Below, in pieces: positions 44,212 through 54,335 of a stretch of DNA of 55,946 nucleotides (position 1 is its first letter; every line of letters begins with the position of its first letter). Origin of the DNA: Stramenopiles sp. TOSAG23-2. Its lineage: Eukaryota. Below the pieces are notes generated by a model, which saw nothing but the letters and a program-made list of their open reading frames with translations, was not told where the DNA came from and made no database searches. The DNA lies in the NCBI GenBank assembly GCA_900128395.1, contig LT649259.1, positions 1 through 55,946 of the forward strand, read 5' to 3'. Made by a program: the position numbers and the translations under genes.

Positions 44212-45342
44212 ATGTCAAAGACATTTAAACCAGCTTTTGAAATATATGGTGCCAATGGATCACCATATAGTTGTAAAATGAGATCATATATGCGATATAA
44301 GCAAATTCCATTTTTATGGGAAAAAATGCAAACTATACAAGGAAAGAGTGAACGTGATGCTACTGGGTGGCCAAAAATATTTTCGCATATCAAAGGGAAG
44401 GTTATTCCTGTCATGAAATTTCCTGATGGTACCTATATGAACGACTCTACGTTTCTGATTGAAGAAATTGAAAAACAAGGTTACAACAGCCACCGTGTTG
44501 CCTTGCCAGAAGATCCACAAATGTCATTTCTAAGTTATTTAATTGAGGATTTTGGTGACGAATGGATTACGAAATGTATGTATGGATACAGGTGGAACAA
44601 GAACCGCGATGCAAGATGGAGTTCAGATTTATTATCTATTGATGGTACATCTAGTCTCAACAAAGAACCTGCAAGGCAAAAAATGGCAGATTTTATTCAA
44701 GACAAACAAACCGGTCGAACAGCTATTGTTGGATGCAATCAAGAAACTATTGAAAAAACAATGGATTCAGTTTGTAGTATTATGGAAGGATATTTCAATG
44801 GAAATACTACGAGACATGGTTTATTAGGGCATGCATTGACACCAGCTGATTTTGCTTTCTACGGGCAAATGTCACAATGGCAAGTTGATCTTGAAATTGC
44901 AGAGCAATTGCCAACAAAATATCAAAAAGTATGGGCATGGATATGGCGCATGGATGATATGAGTTTTGTACCAAATACTGATCAAGCAAATGCATGGTTT
45001 GATATTTACAATGGCAATGCACCGGAACATATTAAATCATTGTTACGATTAATTGGCGATGTTTATTTACCATTTTTAATGGCAAATGCAAAAGCACTAC
45101 AAGAAGGTGCGGAATCATTTACAGTGAATATATTCAATGGATCCATTACGCATACGCAACGTCCATTTCCATACCAAGGAAAATGTTTAAATTGGTTAGT
45201 GGAAAAATATGAAAGCATACCAAATAGTCCAAAAAAAGCGCAATTAGATGGATTGTTACAAGAAACTGGATGTTTAACTTATTTTACACAATTAGCAAGT
45301 AAAGTTAACAACAAACGTAAATTAGTACAATCGAAAATATAA
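44212..45342 (+). CDS. Glutathione S-transferase-like protein (long GST_N_3 type)
   Basis: YGANGSPYSCKMRSYMRYKQIP, IPV...NDSTFLI, IEDFGDEW...YRW, ADFAFYGQ. Confidence 0.8.
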   Translation: MSKTFKPAFEIYGANGSPYSCKMRSYMRYKQIPFLWEKMQTIQGKSERDATGWPKIFSHIKGKVIPVMKFPDGTYMNDSTFLIEEIEKQGYNSHRVALPEDPQMSFLSYLIEDFGDEWITKCMYGYRWNKNRDARWSSDLLSIDGTSSLNKEPARQKMADFIQDKQTGRTAIVGCNQETIEKTMDSVCSIMEGYFNGNTTRHGLLGHALTPADFAFYGQMSQWQVDLEIAEQLPTKYQKVWAWIWRMDDMSFVPNTDQANAWFDIYNGNAPEHIKSLLRLIGDVYLPFLMANAKALQEGAESFTVNIFNGSITHTQRPFPYQGKCLNWLVEKYESIPNSPKKAQLDGLLQETGCLTYFTQLASKVNNKRKLVQSKI

Positions 45343-45925
45343 GAACCTTTTACAAGAAGAAAATTACAAGAAGAACACGTATAATATGAAAGAAAGAAAA
45401 AAGAGAGAGAGAGAGAGAGAGAATATAAATAGATGTTGCAGATCTAATAGATAAAAAAGCAGAAGACAAAAACCCTTTGAAATATTTATAAGTAATACAT
45501 TTTTTATATATTTGCATTAGAATACTAATTCAACACTTTGGTTTTAAAACTACACAGTATTGAAAAAGAGAGCGGATCGGCGGAGCGGAAAGCGGGACAA
45601 TGTTGTACTTCTTAGTATACTAAAGAGGGAGACAAATGGACTCCGGCCGGCCTCTAAATGAGGAAAGGCAGAAGAAAAAGTAAAAAATGAAAAAAAGTTA
45701 AAAGTGAGGGGGGTTTTTGCATTTTATAAACTACAAAATGATTATGTCAAAGATAGAATGTACACACATGACAACACATTTACGTTTGAAGATTTTATAT
45801 CTATCGTCTCTGCATGGGTCGGTGTTTTTATGATCACTGAAAATATATTATAGAGCGCTGCGTGTATAAACGAAACAAGCAAACAAAATATTTATTTATA
45901 TATATATATATATAAATATACCACA

Positions 45926-46288
45926 ATGAAAATATATAATATGAATGTATATTTATTTTACATAATATTCATTAATTCGATCATCATATCATCATCGAAA
46001 AAACAACAACAACATTTACGTGCAAATTCAGATGATATTAAGCAACATCAGAGTAAATTTGAAGTGTTACAAAAAACATGTAATAAAGCAATTAGTGATT
46101 ATAAAAATAGTTTTATTAATTTCAATGAAGCATTGATAGACGCCTCATCATCTAATAGTACAGCAGCAGATGATGAAAATGCAACACTTACAGGTAATAA
46201 TGCAACAAATGTCCCTGCTGCACCATTCATTTATGAAAATTGGAATGCAGTTCCAGGAAGTGGAGTAGCTGCATATCCGGTAGTTTAA
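45926..46288 (+). CDS. Small putative secreted protein (120 aa)
   Basis: Hydrophobic N-terminus, ATG preceded by a (TA)n tract as for neighbouring genes, and a GA-rich 3' flank. Confidence 0.6.
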   Translation: MKIYNMNVYLFYIIFINSIIISSSKKQQQHLRANSDDIKQHQSKFEVLQKTCNKAISDYKNSFINFNEALIDASSSNSTAADDENATLTGNNATNVPAAPFIYENWNAVPGSGVAAYPVV

Positions 46289-46506
46289 AACACACCGTGT
46301 GGGTGTGTCATGATTTTTGTCGAGGAGAGAGAACAGTTTTGTTTATTATATAAAAATATAAAAATATAAAAAAAAAATATATTTTTTTAAAATATTTTAA
46401 TTTTTATAATCAGGAGATATCATACGCATAATTTTTTATATTTTTATAATTAAAAAATATTTTAATTTTACGCCATCATATTAAAAACTTATATACGAAC
46501 CCGTAC

Positions 46507-46634
46507 TTTTTTTAAATTTACTCGTGATAATTCATTTATCATTTACTCTCCAGAAAAGAATTGTGCAATTAACTTAAACTGAGTAGACAATAAATATGTG
46601 CATAATATCTGGTCAAATTATTCTATCTCACACT
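46507..46634 (+). repeat. Dispersed 3'-flank repeat, copy B (diverged)
   Basis: TTTAAATTTACTCGTGATAATTC...TACTCTCCAGAAAAGAAT...CTATCTCACACTA. Confidence 0.7.
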
Positions 46635-46705
46635 ATACACACTATAGGGTGGTGATTATGTTTATCATAATTATTTATAAAATGTTAAAAATTTTATATA
46701 TATCA

Positions 46706-46896
46706 GTCGCCTTCCTATGATGCCCATTTTCCATCAGCTATTATGAGTAGTTGATACTATCTATTTACCTTCATTGGTATTTTCGATTATGAGAATATCA
46801 ACACACTTGTGTGAGATAGATTATTTCAGTTATTTTATTCTTTTGAAGAGTAGGAATTATCATGAGTAAATTAAAAATAAATTATGCGTAAATTAA
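46706..46896 (-). repeat. Dispersed 3'-flank repeat, copy C
   Basis: Reverse complement: TACGCATAATTTATTTTTAATTTACTCATGATAATTCCTACTCTTCAAAAGAATAAAATAACTGA...TGATATTCTCATAAT...ATGAAGGTAAATAGAT...GCATCATAGGAAGGCG. Confidence 0.85.
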
Positions 46897-47058
46897 ATTA
46901 TATATATATCAGTAATTATATTTTATTTTTATACTGAAAAAAATAGTTGCGTATATACACACACACACCCTATCTCTCTATCTCTCCTTTTGATAAATAA
47001 AATTTCCTGCGCGTTTGGGGTATTGAATATTTGTGTGTTCGTGTTGTTTCAATTTGTT

Positions 47059-47916
47059 TTAAAAATTATCTTTCCCTCCTTCATTATCTCTTAAACTCAT
47101 GTACATATCATTGTCTTTTTTAAATGCTAACATTTGTTTAGCAAGATAAAAAATAACACCACCCATTCCAATCATCAATAAAAATAATATAACTAATATG
47201 GCAATGATACCTCCATAACCAGGTTGTGATGTGCCTCCTTTTGTACTACAATCAGCACCGGAATAACCATCATCGCAAAAACATCTTACTGCATCAACTA
47301 CACTATCAGTTCTACAGATTCCATGCCCACCACATACGAAACCACTTGTTTTTTCAATTGGGCATTCTGTTGGACAACCATAAATAGAATACATGGTAAT
47401 CTCATAATGACAATGGCTTGGTTCAGTTGGAGATGCATATCTTGGATCTTTTGCTCGTGTATCGCACATGATATTGATCGTTGTTTGTCGTGGAGTTGGA
47501 GTTGGGTGCTGGCATTGGCGTCCACCTTTAAAAATAACTTGTACACCTTTGCTTCTGTCCGTATTATCAACAGGATTCATACTTGCTGCAGCAGTTGATC
47601 CAGCAACGCAACATTCTGTACCATCCATTTGTATTACCGCAGCGGTTTTGATCGTGCCATCCAATGGACAATGATCACTAGTTTTACATGTTGATGCTAC
47701 GGTAGCCACACCACATGGATTAAATGCATAATTATAATTCTTCTCCTCTTTGTTATAAGTACATTCAATATCACCACCACTAACTGATAATGTATTTGTA
47801 CTTAATGGCGTTAAATCCCAAGTAGCACCTTTAACGGATGGTTTACATTCCAATGCATATGCCATGGCAAATGATATTGCCATGAACATTGCAATTATCG
47901 TGATGGATTCTTTCAT
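47059..47916 (-). CDS. Mannose-6-phosphate receptor homology (MRH/ATG27-like) type I membrane protein with an EGF-like domain
   Basis: Signal peptide, WDLTPL, YAFNPCG, GGRQC..RQTTINIMCD, E..HCHYEI..SIYGCP, EGF CGGHGIC..CFCDDGYSGADC, a TM helix and a cytosolic YMSL motif. Confidence 0.85.
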   Translation of the reverse strand: MKESITIIAMFMAISFAMAYALECKPSVKGATWDLTPLSTNTLSVSGGDIECTYNKEEKNYNYAFNPCGVATVASTCKTSDHCPLDGTIKTAAVIQMDGTECCVAGSTAAASMNPVDNTDRSKGVQVIFKGGRQCQHPTPTPRQTTINIMCDTRAKDPRYASPTEPSHCHYEITMYSIYGCPTECPIEKTSGFVCGGHGICRTDSVVDAVRCFCDDGYSGADCSTKGGTSQPGYGGIIAILVILFLLMIGMGGVIFYLAKQMLAFKKDNDMYMSLRDNEGGKDNF

Positions 47917-48613
47917 TGTTATTTTTATATATGTAATTATTATTATTATGCACTACTATTGTATGTATCTACTACTATCCAATATATATATATATACGTA
48001 AACTTAACTCCATTGTCTTTTGGTTCAATATATTTTATAAATTATATTATAATTATTTATTATTTATTAAAATCTATAACATATCCCGTGGTGAGGCTGT
48101 GTGCCCGGAAAATGTTTGATATTTTTTTTAAAAAAACGGGTGATTCATTCATTTTAAGGATGACAATATCAAAAAACAAGATGAACAAGATAAAATATCA
48201 TCGTACATAATATATATACCAAAACACAAATACACACAAATTACATAAAAACACTTAAATATCAAATCAACGAGGTACACAAAGATTACGCAAAAACTTG
48301 ACACCCATTCACGCTTCGGGATTATCATCAATAATCATAAATTACCACCACAGCACACAGAGAGAGAATAGTTGTCTATTTCAATGATATGTCAATATTA
48401 TTGTTTTTATGGTTGAAATAAGATGTATTTCAGTTTTCGCGCAGGATTAGGATGTGGTTTTGCTGAGCATCTGATGTATACTAATGAGTTGGATAAGTAT
48501 ACTCTACTCCTATATAATATCAAAAAAATTCCTAAAAATATGTAAATTATTTCATTATATTTCAAAGGTTTATTCCAATTATTCTATTAATACCTGTGTA
48601 TAATTATATATAG

Positions 48614-48679
48614 GTAGTAGTAGTCTATCAAGTAGCAACTAGTAGTAGTAGTCTATCAAGTAGCAACTAGTAGTAGTAG
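48614..48679. repeat. Short tandem repeat, period 28 bp
   Basis: GTAGTAGTAGTCTATCAAGTAGCAACTA twice, plus a partial third copy. Confidence 0.8.
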
Positions 48680-49068
48680 CTAGAAATAGGTGGTGTGCAA
48701 ATAAATTGCAGGCAGCCTTTTTTTTCTAATAGTTTTTTTGCTATTAAAATACCATCATGTGATGGGAGGTTAGAGGTTAGAGGTTATATAGTACACTTTT
48801 GTAAGTAATTGTGTCCATTTTTTAACCTATTGTCCTATTGTTATAGTACAATTGAAATTCGACCAATCCCGTTAGTTTAAGTTATTATTATGTGCTGGTG
48901 TGATATGTAGTACATCACAATATATATATTTACAATATATATATATATATATATATATATGAATCTATAAAGTACCAAGCTATGTACCTTCTTTCGATCA
49001 AATAAAACAAACAACCCAGGCTTGTTTATCAGTGCAAATAAAGGGTGGGAAAAGAACGATATTGGTAA

Positions 49069-49692
49069 ATGGATAATAGACGTACAAGAAATGTATATTT
49101 CTTAAATAGTTTTTATAATCAATATAATAAACTTAATGTAATGTTGTCAACTTTAATATTATTTGTCCTTGCATTTCATAGTTGTATATATTCTGTTAGT
49201 TCCCAAGGAGATACGGAAACCAAAAGAAGCTATAATACAATTACATTAGAGGAAATTGATCTAATGCCATGCCATGAACCTGGTGAAGAATTAGACACGG
49301 GGGTACGTGGTCGACCAGATTATACTATTGACTGGTATTTATGTAAACAAAAGGCTGGTGCGGAAGTATATAAAGGTGCTTGTTCAAAATGCAAGTGCCA
49401 ATGGACTTTATATTATGAGATAGCAAAAAGATGCTTTCCTGAAAATTATGGTTCCGAACGTTTCGCTGTATACCAAGCACGTGTAGAGAAACAAAAAGAC
49501 GAATGGATAGAAATGGGAAAAAGGTTTTGTGATGGAAAAGCACCTGAAGAACGTTATACATTAAATGAAAATGATCCAAAGTTTAATAACCCATACCCAT
49601 ATTGTGCACCTGCAGCACATGCTGCTTTTCAGTTGCAATTTATAATCGGGTTCCCAGCTATTATGATGTTTTGGTTAGGTTTTCTCTTTTAA
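49069..49692 (+). CDS. Cys-rich secreted or GPI/tail-anchored protein of unknown function (alternative start at 49141)
   Basis: Signal-like MLSTLILFVLAFHSCIYSVSS, several Cys residues and a hydrophobic C-terminus. Confidence 0.75.
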   Translation: MDNRRTRNVYFLNSFYNQYNKLNVMLSTLILFVLAFHSCIYSVSSQGDTETKRSYNTITLEEIDLMPCHEPGEELDTGVRGRPDYTIDWYLCKQKAGAEVYKGACSKCKCQWTLYYEIAKRCFPENYGSERFAVYQARVEKQKDEWIEMGKRFCDGKAPEERYTLNENDPKFNNPYPYCAPAAHAAFQLQFIIGFPAIMMFWLGFLF

Positions 49693-49839
49693 AAAAAAAT
49701 TACGAACGTTCGTATGATATAAATACGAAAAGCGTACATATATTATATAACAAATATTAATGTAAATAAATTCTCTTATTTAAAAAAATATAAAATATTA
49801 AATTTATATTTTTACGTTAGACTAAAATAAAAAAAAATT

Positions 49840-50053
49840 ATTTTTTACTTCATTGATAATTGATAATTCCTCCTATCATACTTTCAAAAAAATACAGTAA
49901 CTTTTAGGCGTGCTTAGGCAATAATATCTAATCTCACACACTAGGTGTCTTGATATTCTCATAATTGATAAAAGACAAAGTACCAAAATGAAGGTAAATA
50001 GATGGGTATCAATTTGCAGTTGATGAAAAACGGACATCATATTAGTAAGGCGG
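49840..50053 (+). repeat. Dispersed 3'-flank repeat, copy D
   Basis: ATCTCACACACTAGGTGTCTTGATATTCTCATAAT...ATGAAGGTAAATAGATGGGTATCAA...GACATCATATTAGTAAGGCG aligns with copy C. Confidence 0.8.
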
Positions 50054-50082
50054 AGAATAGATTTTGTACCGGGGTAATAATT

Positions 50083-50181
50083 ATAATTTACGCGCATAAT
50101 TTATTTTTTAAATTTACTCATGATAATTCCTACTCTTCAAAAGAATACAATAACTGAGGCAATAATATCTATCTCACACTA
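50083..50181 (+). repeat. Dispersed 3'-flank repeat, copy E (5' half)
   Basis: GCATAATTTATTTTTTAAATTTACTCATGATAATTCCTACTCTTCAAAAGAATACAATAACTGAGGCAATAATATCTATCTCACAC. Confidence 0.85.
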
Positions 50182-50392
50182 GATAAATAAAATATTTGAA
50201 TTATGCATAACTATGATGGTGTGCATGTAATTTTATTTGCATATTGCATGTTGCTCAAAAAAAAAGATTTTCCCCTGAAATTACATAATTTATGTGTGGT
50301 GATATTTGTGAATATAGTAAAATACACATGTATTTTGTTCTAACTTAACGCAGTGTAGTATTAATACCATTTGTTGCTGATGTGAACTTCAA

Positions 50393-51112
50393 TTATTGTA
50401 GCAAACTGATTCCTACAACAAACGCAAACATAAGTGCATTGAAACCAAGTAGTGGCAGTGAAGCTGGGCTAGCTACATTCGAGGACCACATTACTGACTC
50501 TGTCGCTGATGTGTTTGTGCATTTGTCCAGTGCTGAAGATTGCGTTACAGTTGGCGTGCCTGAGCATGTTTTTTTTAGCGAGTATGACTTCGAGGTGTAC
50601 GTGGTGCTTGTCCAAGAAAATTTGGAACTTTGGAACTTATTTGTTACGCACTTACCATTCCAAGAAGCATCATATATTTGTAGTTTTTGGTAATATCCTT
50701 CTGCCTTTTTGCACTCATTTGAGCCCTTAAAAGTTGTTGAGACTAAGGCTCCAGCTTTAGCTGCTGTGACTTCATCGTCAGTAAGAACAATCGTTTCCAT
50801 ACCATACACACCAAGCAAAGCCATACATTTCCCGACCTCATCCGTGGTAGTAGTAGACGATGATGTTCCAGTGCAATCAGTTGATTTATACGACATTGTT
50901 GTTATTTTGTTATCTTTAAGAGTCAACATTTTCGATTTAGAAAACAATGATCCTGTTTGCAAACAAGTATCAAGGGGTTCATTCACATCAAGGGTCGCCG
51001 GTCCTGTACACTTCGTTGATGTACTGTACGTTCTGGAGGCAGCAAATTTAGAATGTACGGTTGCACCGCAAAGTAGTAGTACCAGTATGATGATTCCATA
51101 AAAAGTTTTCAT
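50393..51112 (-). CDS. Ser/Thr-rich surface protein with four two-Cys repeats, a signal peptide and a GPI-like tail
   Basis: Repeats: YSTSTKCTG..DTC, YKSTDCTG..GKC, FKGSNECKK..GKC, YSLKKTCSG..DKC. Both termini are hydrophobic. Confidence 0.82.
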   Translation of the reverse strand: MKTFYGIIILVLLLCGATVHSKFAASRTYSTSTKCTGPATLDVNEPLDTCLQTGSLFSKSKMLTLKDNKITTMSYKSTDCTGTSSSTTTTDEVGKCMALLGVYGMETIVLTDDEVTAAKAGALVSTTFKGSNECKKAEGYYQKLQIYDASWNGKCVTNKFQSSKFSWTSTTYTSKSYSLKKTCSGTPTVTQSSALDKCTNTSATESVMWSSNVASPASLPLLGFNALMFAFVVGISLLQ

Positions 51113-51788
51113 TGTGTACCGTTCTCTTTGAAGCGTGAAAAGTCGTTTTCGTGTTTTTTAATTTTTTTTTAAAAATCTGAACAAGGGCTAAGTATGTTTT
51201 TCAATGTAATGGTTACAAATTTGTTCTGTATCGTTTATGTTTTGTGTCATTCCGTTTGTGTATTTATTATTAAATTTCTTGTTCCAGATTATATATATAT
51301 TATTGCGTGGGTTAGCATTGCATTACAATAGAGTTGAAGATTAATCTTGCTGACGAGGTGCACATTTAACACATTTACAACTCATACACATTAACACATT
51401 TACACACCATAGTATCTACCTTGTAATATTTTTGACGGTTCAAACGGATCGTACTGCAAAAAAAGTAGGCCTTTGTCAATACATTTTGGCAATGTCCATG
51501 TCCACATGTTGGTACATTAGGAACAATTTGCATTGGTCATTTATAATATAAATATCATGAAACAACATGTGTTGGTACTTGTAGTACACATTTATTTAAT
51601 ACCCTCATGCATGTCATGCGTGCTGAAACTTTTGCAATCTGTATATTACCAGGTATCGATAAAATGTGAAATAACAAATAAAGTGTAATTATATAGTGAA
51701 TTTTTACCTTAACTTAGCACTGACACAGCAGTGGATATTTTTACATTGACTCTTAGCTCAGCAGCGCTCTCATTTCTCATTTATATAA

Positions 51789-51836
51789 GTAAGAATTATC
51801 ATGAGTTAATTAAAAAATAAGTTATTGCATTAATTA
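51789..51836 (-). repeat. Dispersed 3'-flank repeat, copy F (short)
   Basis: The reverse complement TTAATGCAATAACTTATTTTTTAATTAACTCATGATAATTCTTAC matches the start of copy A. Confidence 0.75.
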
Positions 51837-51888
51837 TAAATAATTTAATTTACGCATATAAATAAATATATATATATCATATACCACT

Positions 51889-52100
51889 TTACATTTTTGA
51901 ATTGCTTTTTAATGGCTTTCCTCTGCTGTCCAATCCAACTTGATTCAATACTTTTCCACTCAACATATTTCCTGTTTATGTTACGCGTTCAGCTGCTGCT
52001 AAATTTTTTCTTGCAGCACGCGCCATAGCACTAGCACCACCAACTAAATCTTTATCATCCACCAATGTATCATTAGTACTACGTGGTCTACTCGTACTTT
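51889..52100 (-). pseudogene. Orphan coding-like fragment with an internal TAA (51978-51976)
   Basis: STSRPRSTNDTLVDDKDLVGGASAMARAARKNLAAAERVT*TGNMLSGKVLNQVGLDSRGKPLKSNSKM*. Composition looks coding in an otherwise AT-rich spacer. Confidence 0.35.
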
Positions 52101-52233
52101 CGTACGAAGTTCGTATCTTAGAGTACAAACTCGTATTATTCTTTACTTTTTAACACTAATACGAGTACGAACGCGTATTTATTTTTAAAATGCAAGTTTC
52201 GCTATATTATTACTCTTGTGTACAAAAAGTCTT

Positions 52234-54093
52234 TCAACACTCTCCACAATCAACAATTCGAACATTTTGAACTGGCTTGTTACCTTTCGCGTTGGTTGAA
52301 CAACTACCTAACTCCTCGATACATTCTAATCCTACTACAACTTCCCCAAAAACAACATGTTTCATATCTAAATGTGGTGTCTCCGATAACGTGATAAAAA
52401 ATTGACTTGTATTTGTATTTGGACCTGAATTAGCCATAGATAGCATCCCAGCACGTATGTGTCTACACGTAAAATTTTCATCAATCATTTTACCTTTTTT
52501 TACCATATCCGACATTGATGCATCGCTAACATAAATGGATTCTCCACCAGTGCCGTTACCATTAGTAATATCTCCACCTTGAATCATAAAATCTTTTATA
52601 ATACGATGTATAACACAATTTTTATAATGCAACGGTTTGCCCTTTGTACCGATACCTTTCTCACCAGTACATAAAGCTCGAAAATTTTCACATGTTTTTG
52701 GTACAATGTGATCAAATAATTGAATGATAATTCTACTTGACATTTTTTTACCATCAATTGCAATTTCAAAATACACTTTAGTATTATCATCTCTACCATA
52801 TTTAATATCTTTTCTCTTGACTAACATTTCAGCTGGTGCAAACGGAATGAATTTTTCTTTATATTTACGATACAACATACCCCATAATACTTCTTCCCGC
52901 CCACTATATTTTCTTAAATTTTTATCAACTTTTGGTAATTTATCAGGACAATGGGATGTATAAAATGCAACTAATCGATCTTTTGGGGTTGAATATGTTG
53001 TAATTTTTGTTGTGGATTTATTAACAGTTGTTTTAGTATCAATAGTAACATTTGTTGATGTTTCGCTATTATTCTCATATGGGTCTAAAAGATTATTAGC
53101 AAAGTAATCATTATTTACATTGCTTGCTATAGGATATAGGATGGAATCATTGCCTATGATCATCATAGTATTACTATTATCATTATTATTATTATTATTA
53201 TAATCATATGGATCTTCGATATTAGTATCATTTGAAAATTGGACTGGATTATTTTTTGTTTCCGGGTAAGAAATAACATCATCATTCTCATTATTATTAT
53301 TATCCTTATTATTTATATTAGTCATTACATTGTTAAATGGATCAAAAATTTTAATTTTATTATATTTTGCATTTAAAGACATATTGGCATTATCATTAGG
53401 ATGCAGTATCATACCATCATAATTATTATTTTCTACACCATTCTTCATGAATGGATCAATGAGGGTAGTCACTTCATTCCACATTGTCTCCATCCTATTA
53501 TTATTATTATTATTATTATCAGGATAAGCTAAACTTTCCCCTGCATATGGATCCATTATGTCTTGTAATGAAATTAAATCATACAAATCAAAACTATTAG
53601 GAGGAAATGGGACATCAACATCAAGGCCATTTTTCATCAAAATAAAATGCAATCGTTCTTGCGATCTTGTCCTGGCTCTAATACGCATATCAGATAATTC
53701 CTCACTAACACTTTTTCTTCTTTCGTTGGTTATTGATTTACTTTTTTCTAAATGTGCTTGATATACTCGAATCCCTTCCTTATGTTTCATATCTAACTTT
53801 TCCAACGCTTCTGCAATACTTTCTTCAGAATCTTTTGAGGCAATCTTTATTTCTCCCATAGCATTATTACATTCATTTATCAATTTATTTAAATCTTGTA
53901 TTCTGTCTTTTTTTCTATTTTCAATATTTTGTTTCATTTCTTGATTTTTTAAGATTTCTTCGTTTGTTATCTGTACCGGTCGTAGTTCTTTTGGCATCAA
54001 TGCATTATTGTTCACCCCACGTCTTCTTCTTCTTCTTCTTCCTTGTGCTCTTCTACTATTCATATTTGTAATTATTGGTGTTGTCAATACCAT
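52234..54093 (-). CDS. Multidomain cyclophilin-type peptidyl-prolyl isomerase
   Basis: [57 protein letters not shown]. It is preceded by a coiled coil, an Asn-rich linker and a small helical RLVAFY...KY domain. Confidence 0.92.
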   Translation of the reverse strand: MVLTTPIITNMNSRRAQGRRRRRRRGVNNNALMPKELRPVQITNEEILKNQEMKQNIENRKKDRIQDLNKLINECNNAMGEIKIASKDSEESIAEALEKLDMKHKEGIRVYQAHLEKSKSITNERRKSVSEELSDMRIRARTRSQERLHFILMKNGLDVDVPFPPNSFDLYDLISLQDIMDPYAGESLAYPDNNNNNNNRMETMWNEVTTLIDPFMKNGVENNNYDGMILHPNDNANMSLNAKYNKIKIFDPFNNVMTNINNKDNNNNENDDVISYPETKNNPVQFSNDTNIEDPYDYNNNNNNDNSNTMMIIGNDSILYPIASNVNNDYFANNLLDPYENNSETSTNVTIDTKTTVNKSTTKITTYSTPKDRLVAFYTSHCPDKLPKVDKNLRKYSGREEVLWGMLYRKYKEKFIPFAPAEMLVKRKDIKYGRDDNTKVYFEIAIDGKKMSSRIIIQLFDHIVPKTCENFRALCTGEKGIGTKGKPLHYKNCVIHRIIKDFMIQGGDITNGNGTGGESIYVSDASMSDMVKKGKMIDENFTCRHIRAGMLSMANSGPNTNTSQFFITLSETPHLDMKHVVFGEVVVGLECIEELGSCSTNAKGNKPVQNVRIVDCGEC

Positions 54094-54271
54094 TCCTCTT
54101 GTTGTTATTGTCGTTGTTGTTTTTTGTTGTTATCTATTCTTTTGTATCCCCCCCATCTTATACAATACTGTTTTTTTCTTTTCTGTATGTATATATTTAA
54201 ATTTTTAAATAATACTATACCAACAACAACATTTCTTCTTGGTGTCGTCTACTACTGTACACTAAATTATT

Positions 54272-54335
54272 CCTTGTAAATGAGAAGGATTATTATTAGT
54301 GCATTTCAAAATGGTACTTAATGTTGTAAGTACTA
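54272..54335 (+). repeat. ~60-bp dispersed repeat, homologous to 37812-37869
   Basis: CCTTGTAAATGAGAAGGATTATTATTAGTGCATTTCAAAATGG...TAAGTACTA. Confidence 0.75.

Noticed and set aside
45568-45655. GC-rich intergenic patch (GAGCGGATCGGCGGAGCGG, CCGGCCGG) as an RNA gene
   Set aside because: No tRNA cloverleaf, Pol III boxes or convincing stem was found.
46507-46896. A single MITE with long TIRs
   Set aside because: The arms are diverged copies of a repeat that occurs singly elsewhere, and there is no TSD. Two facing copies explain it better.
48766-48786. (GAGGTTA)3 as an interstitial telomere-like repeat
   Set aside because: Only three units, which is compatible with chance slippage.
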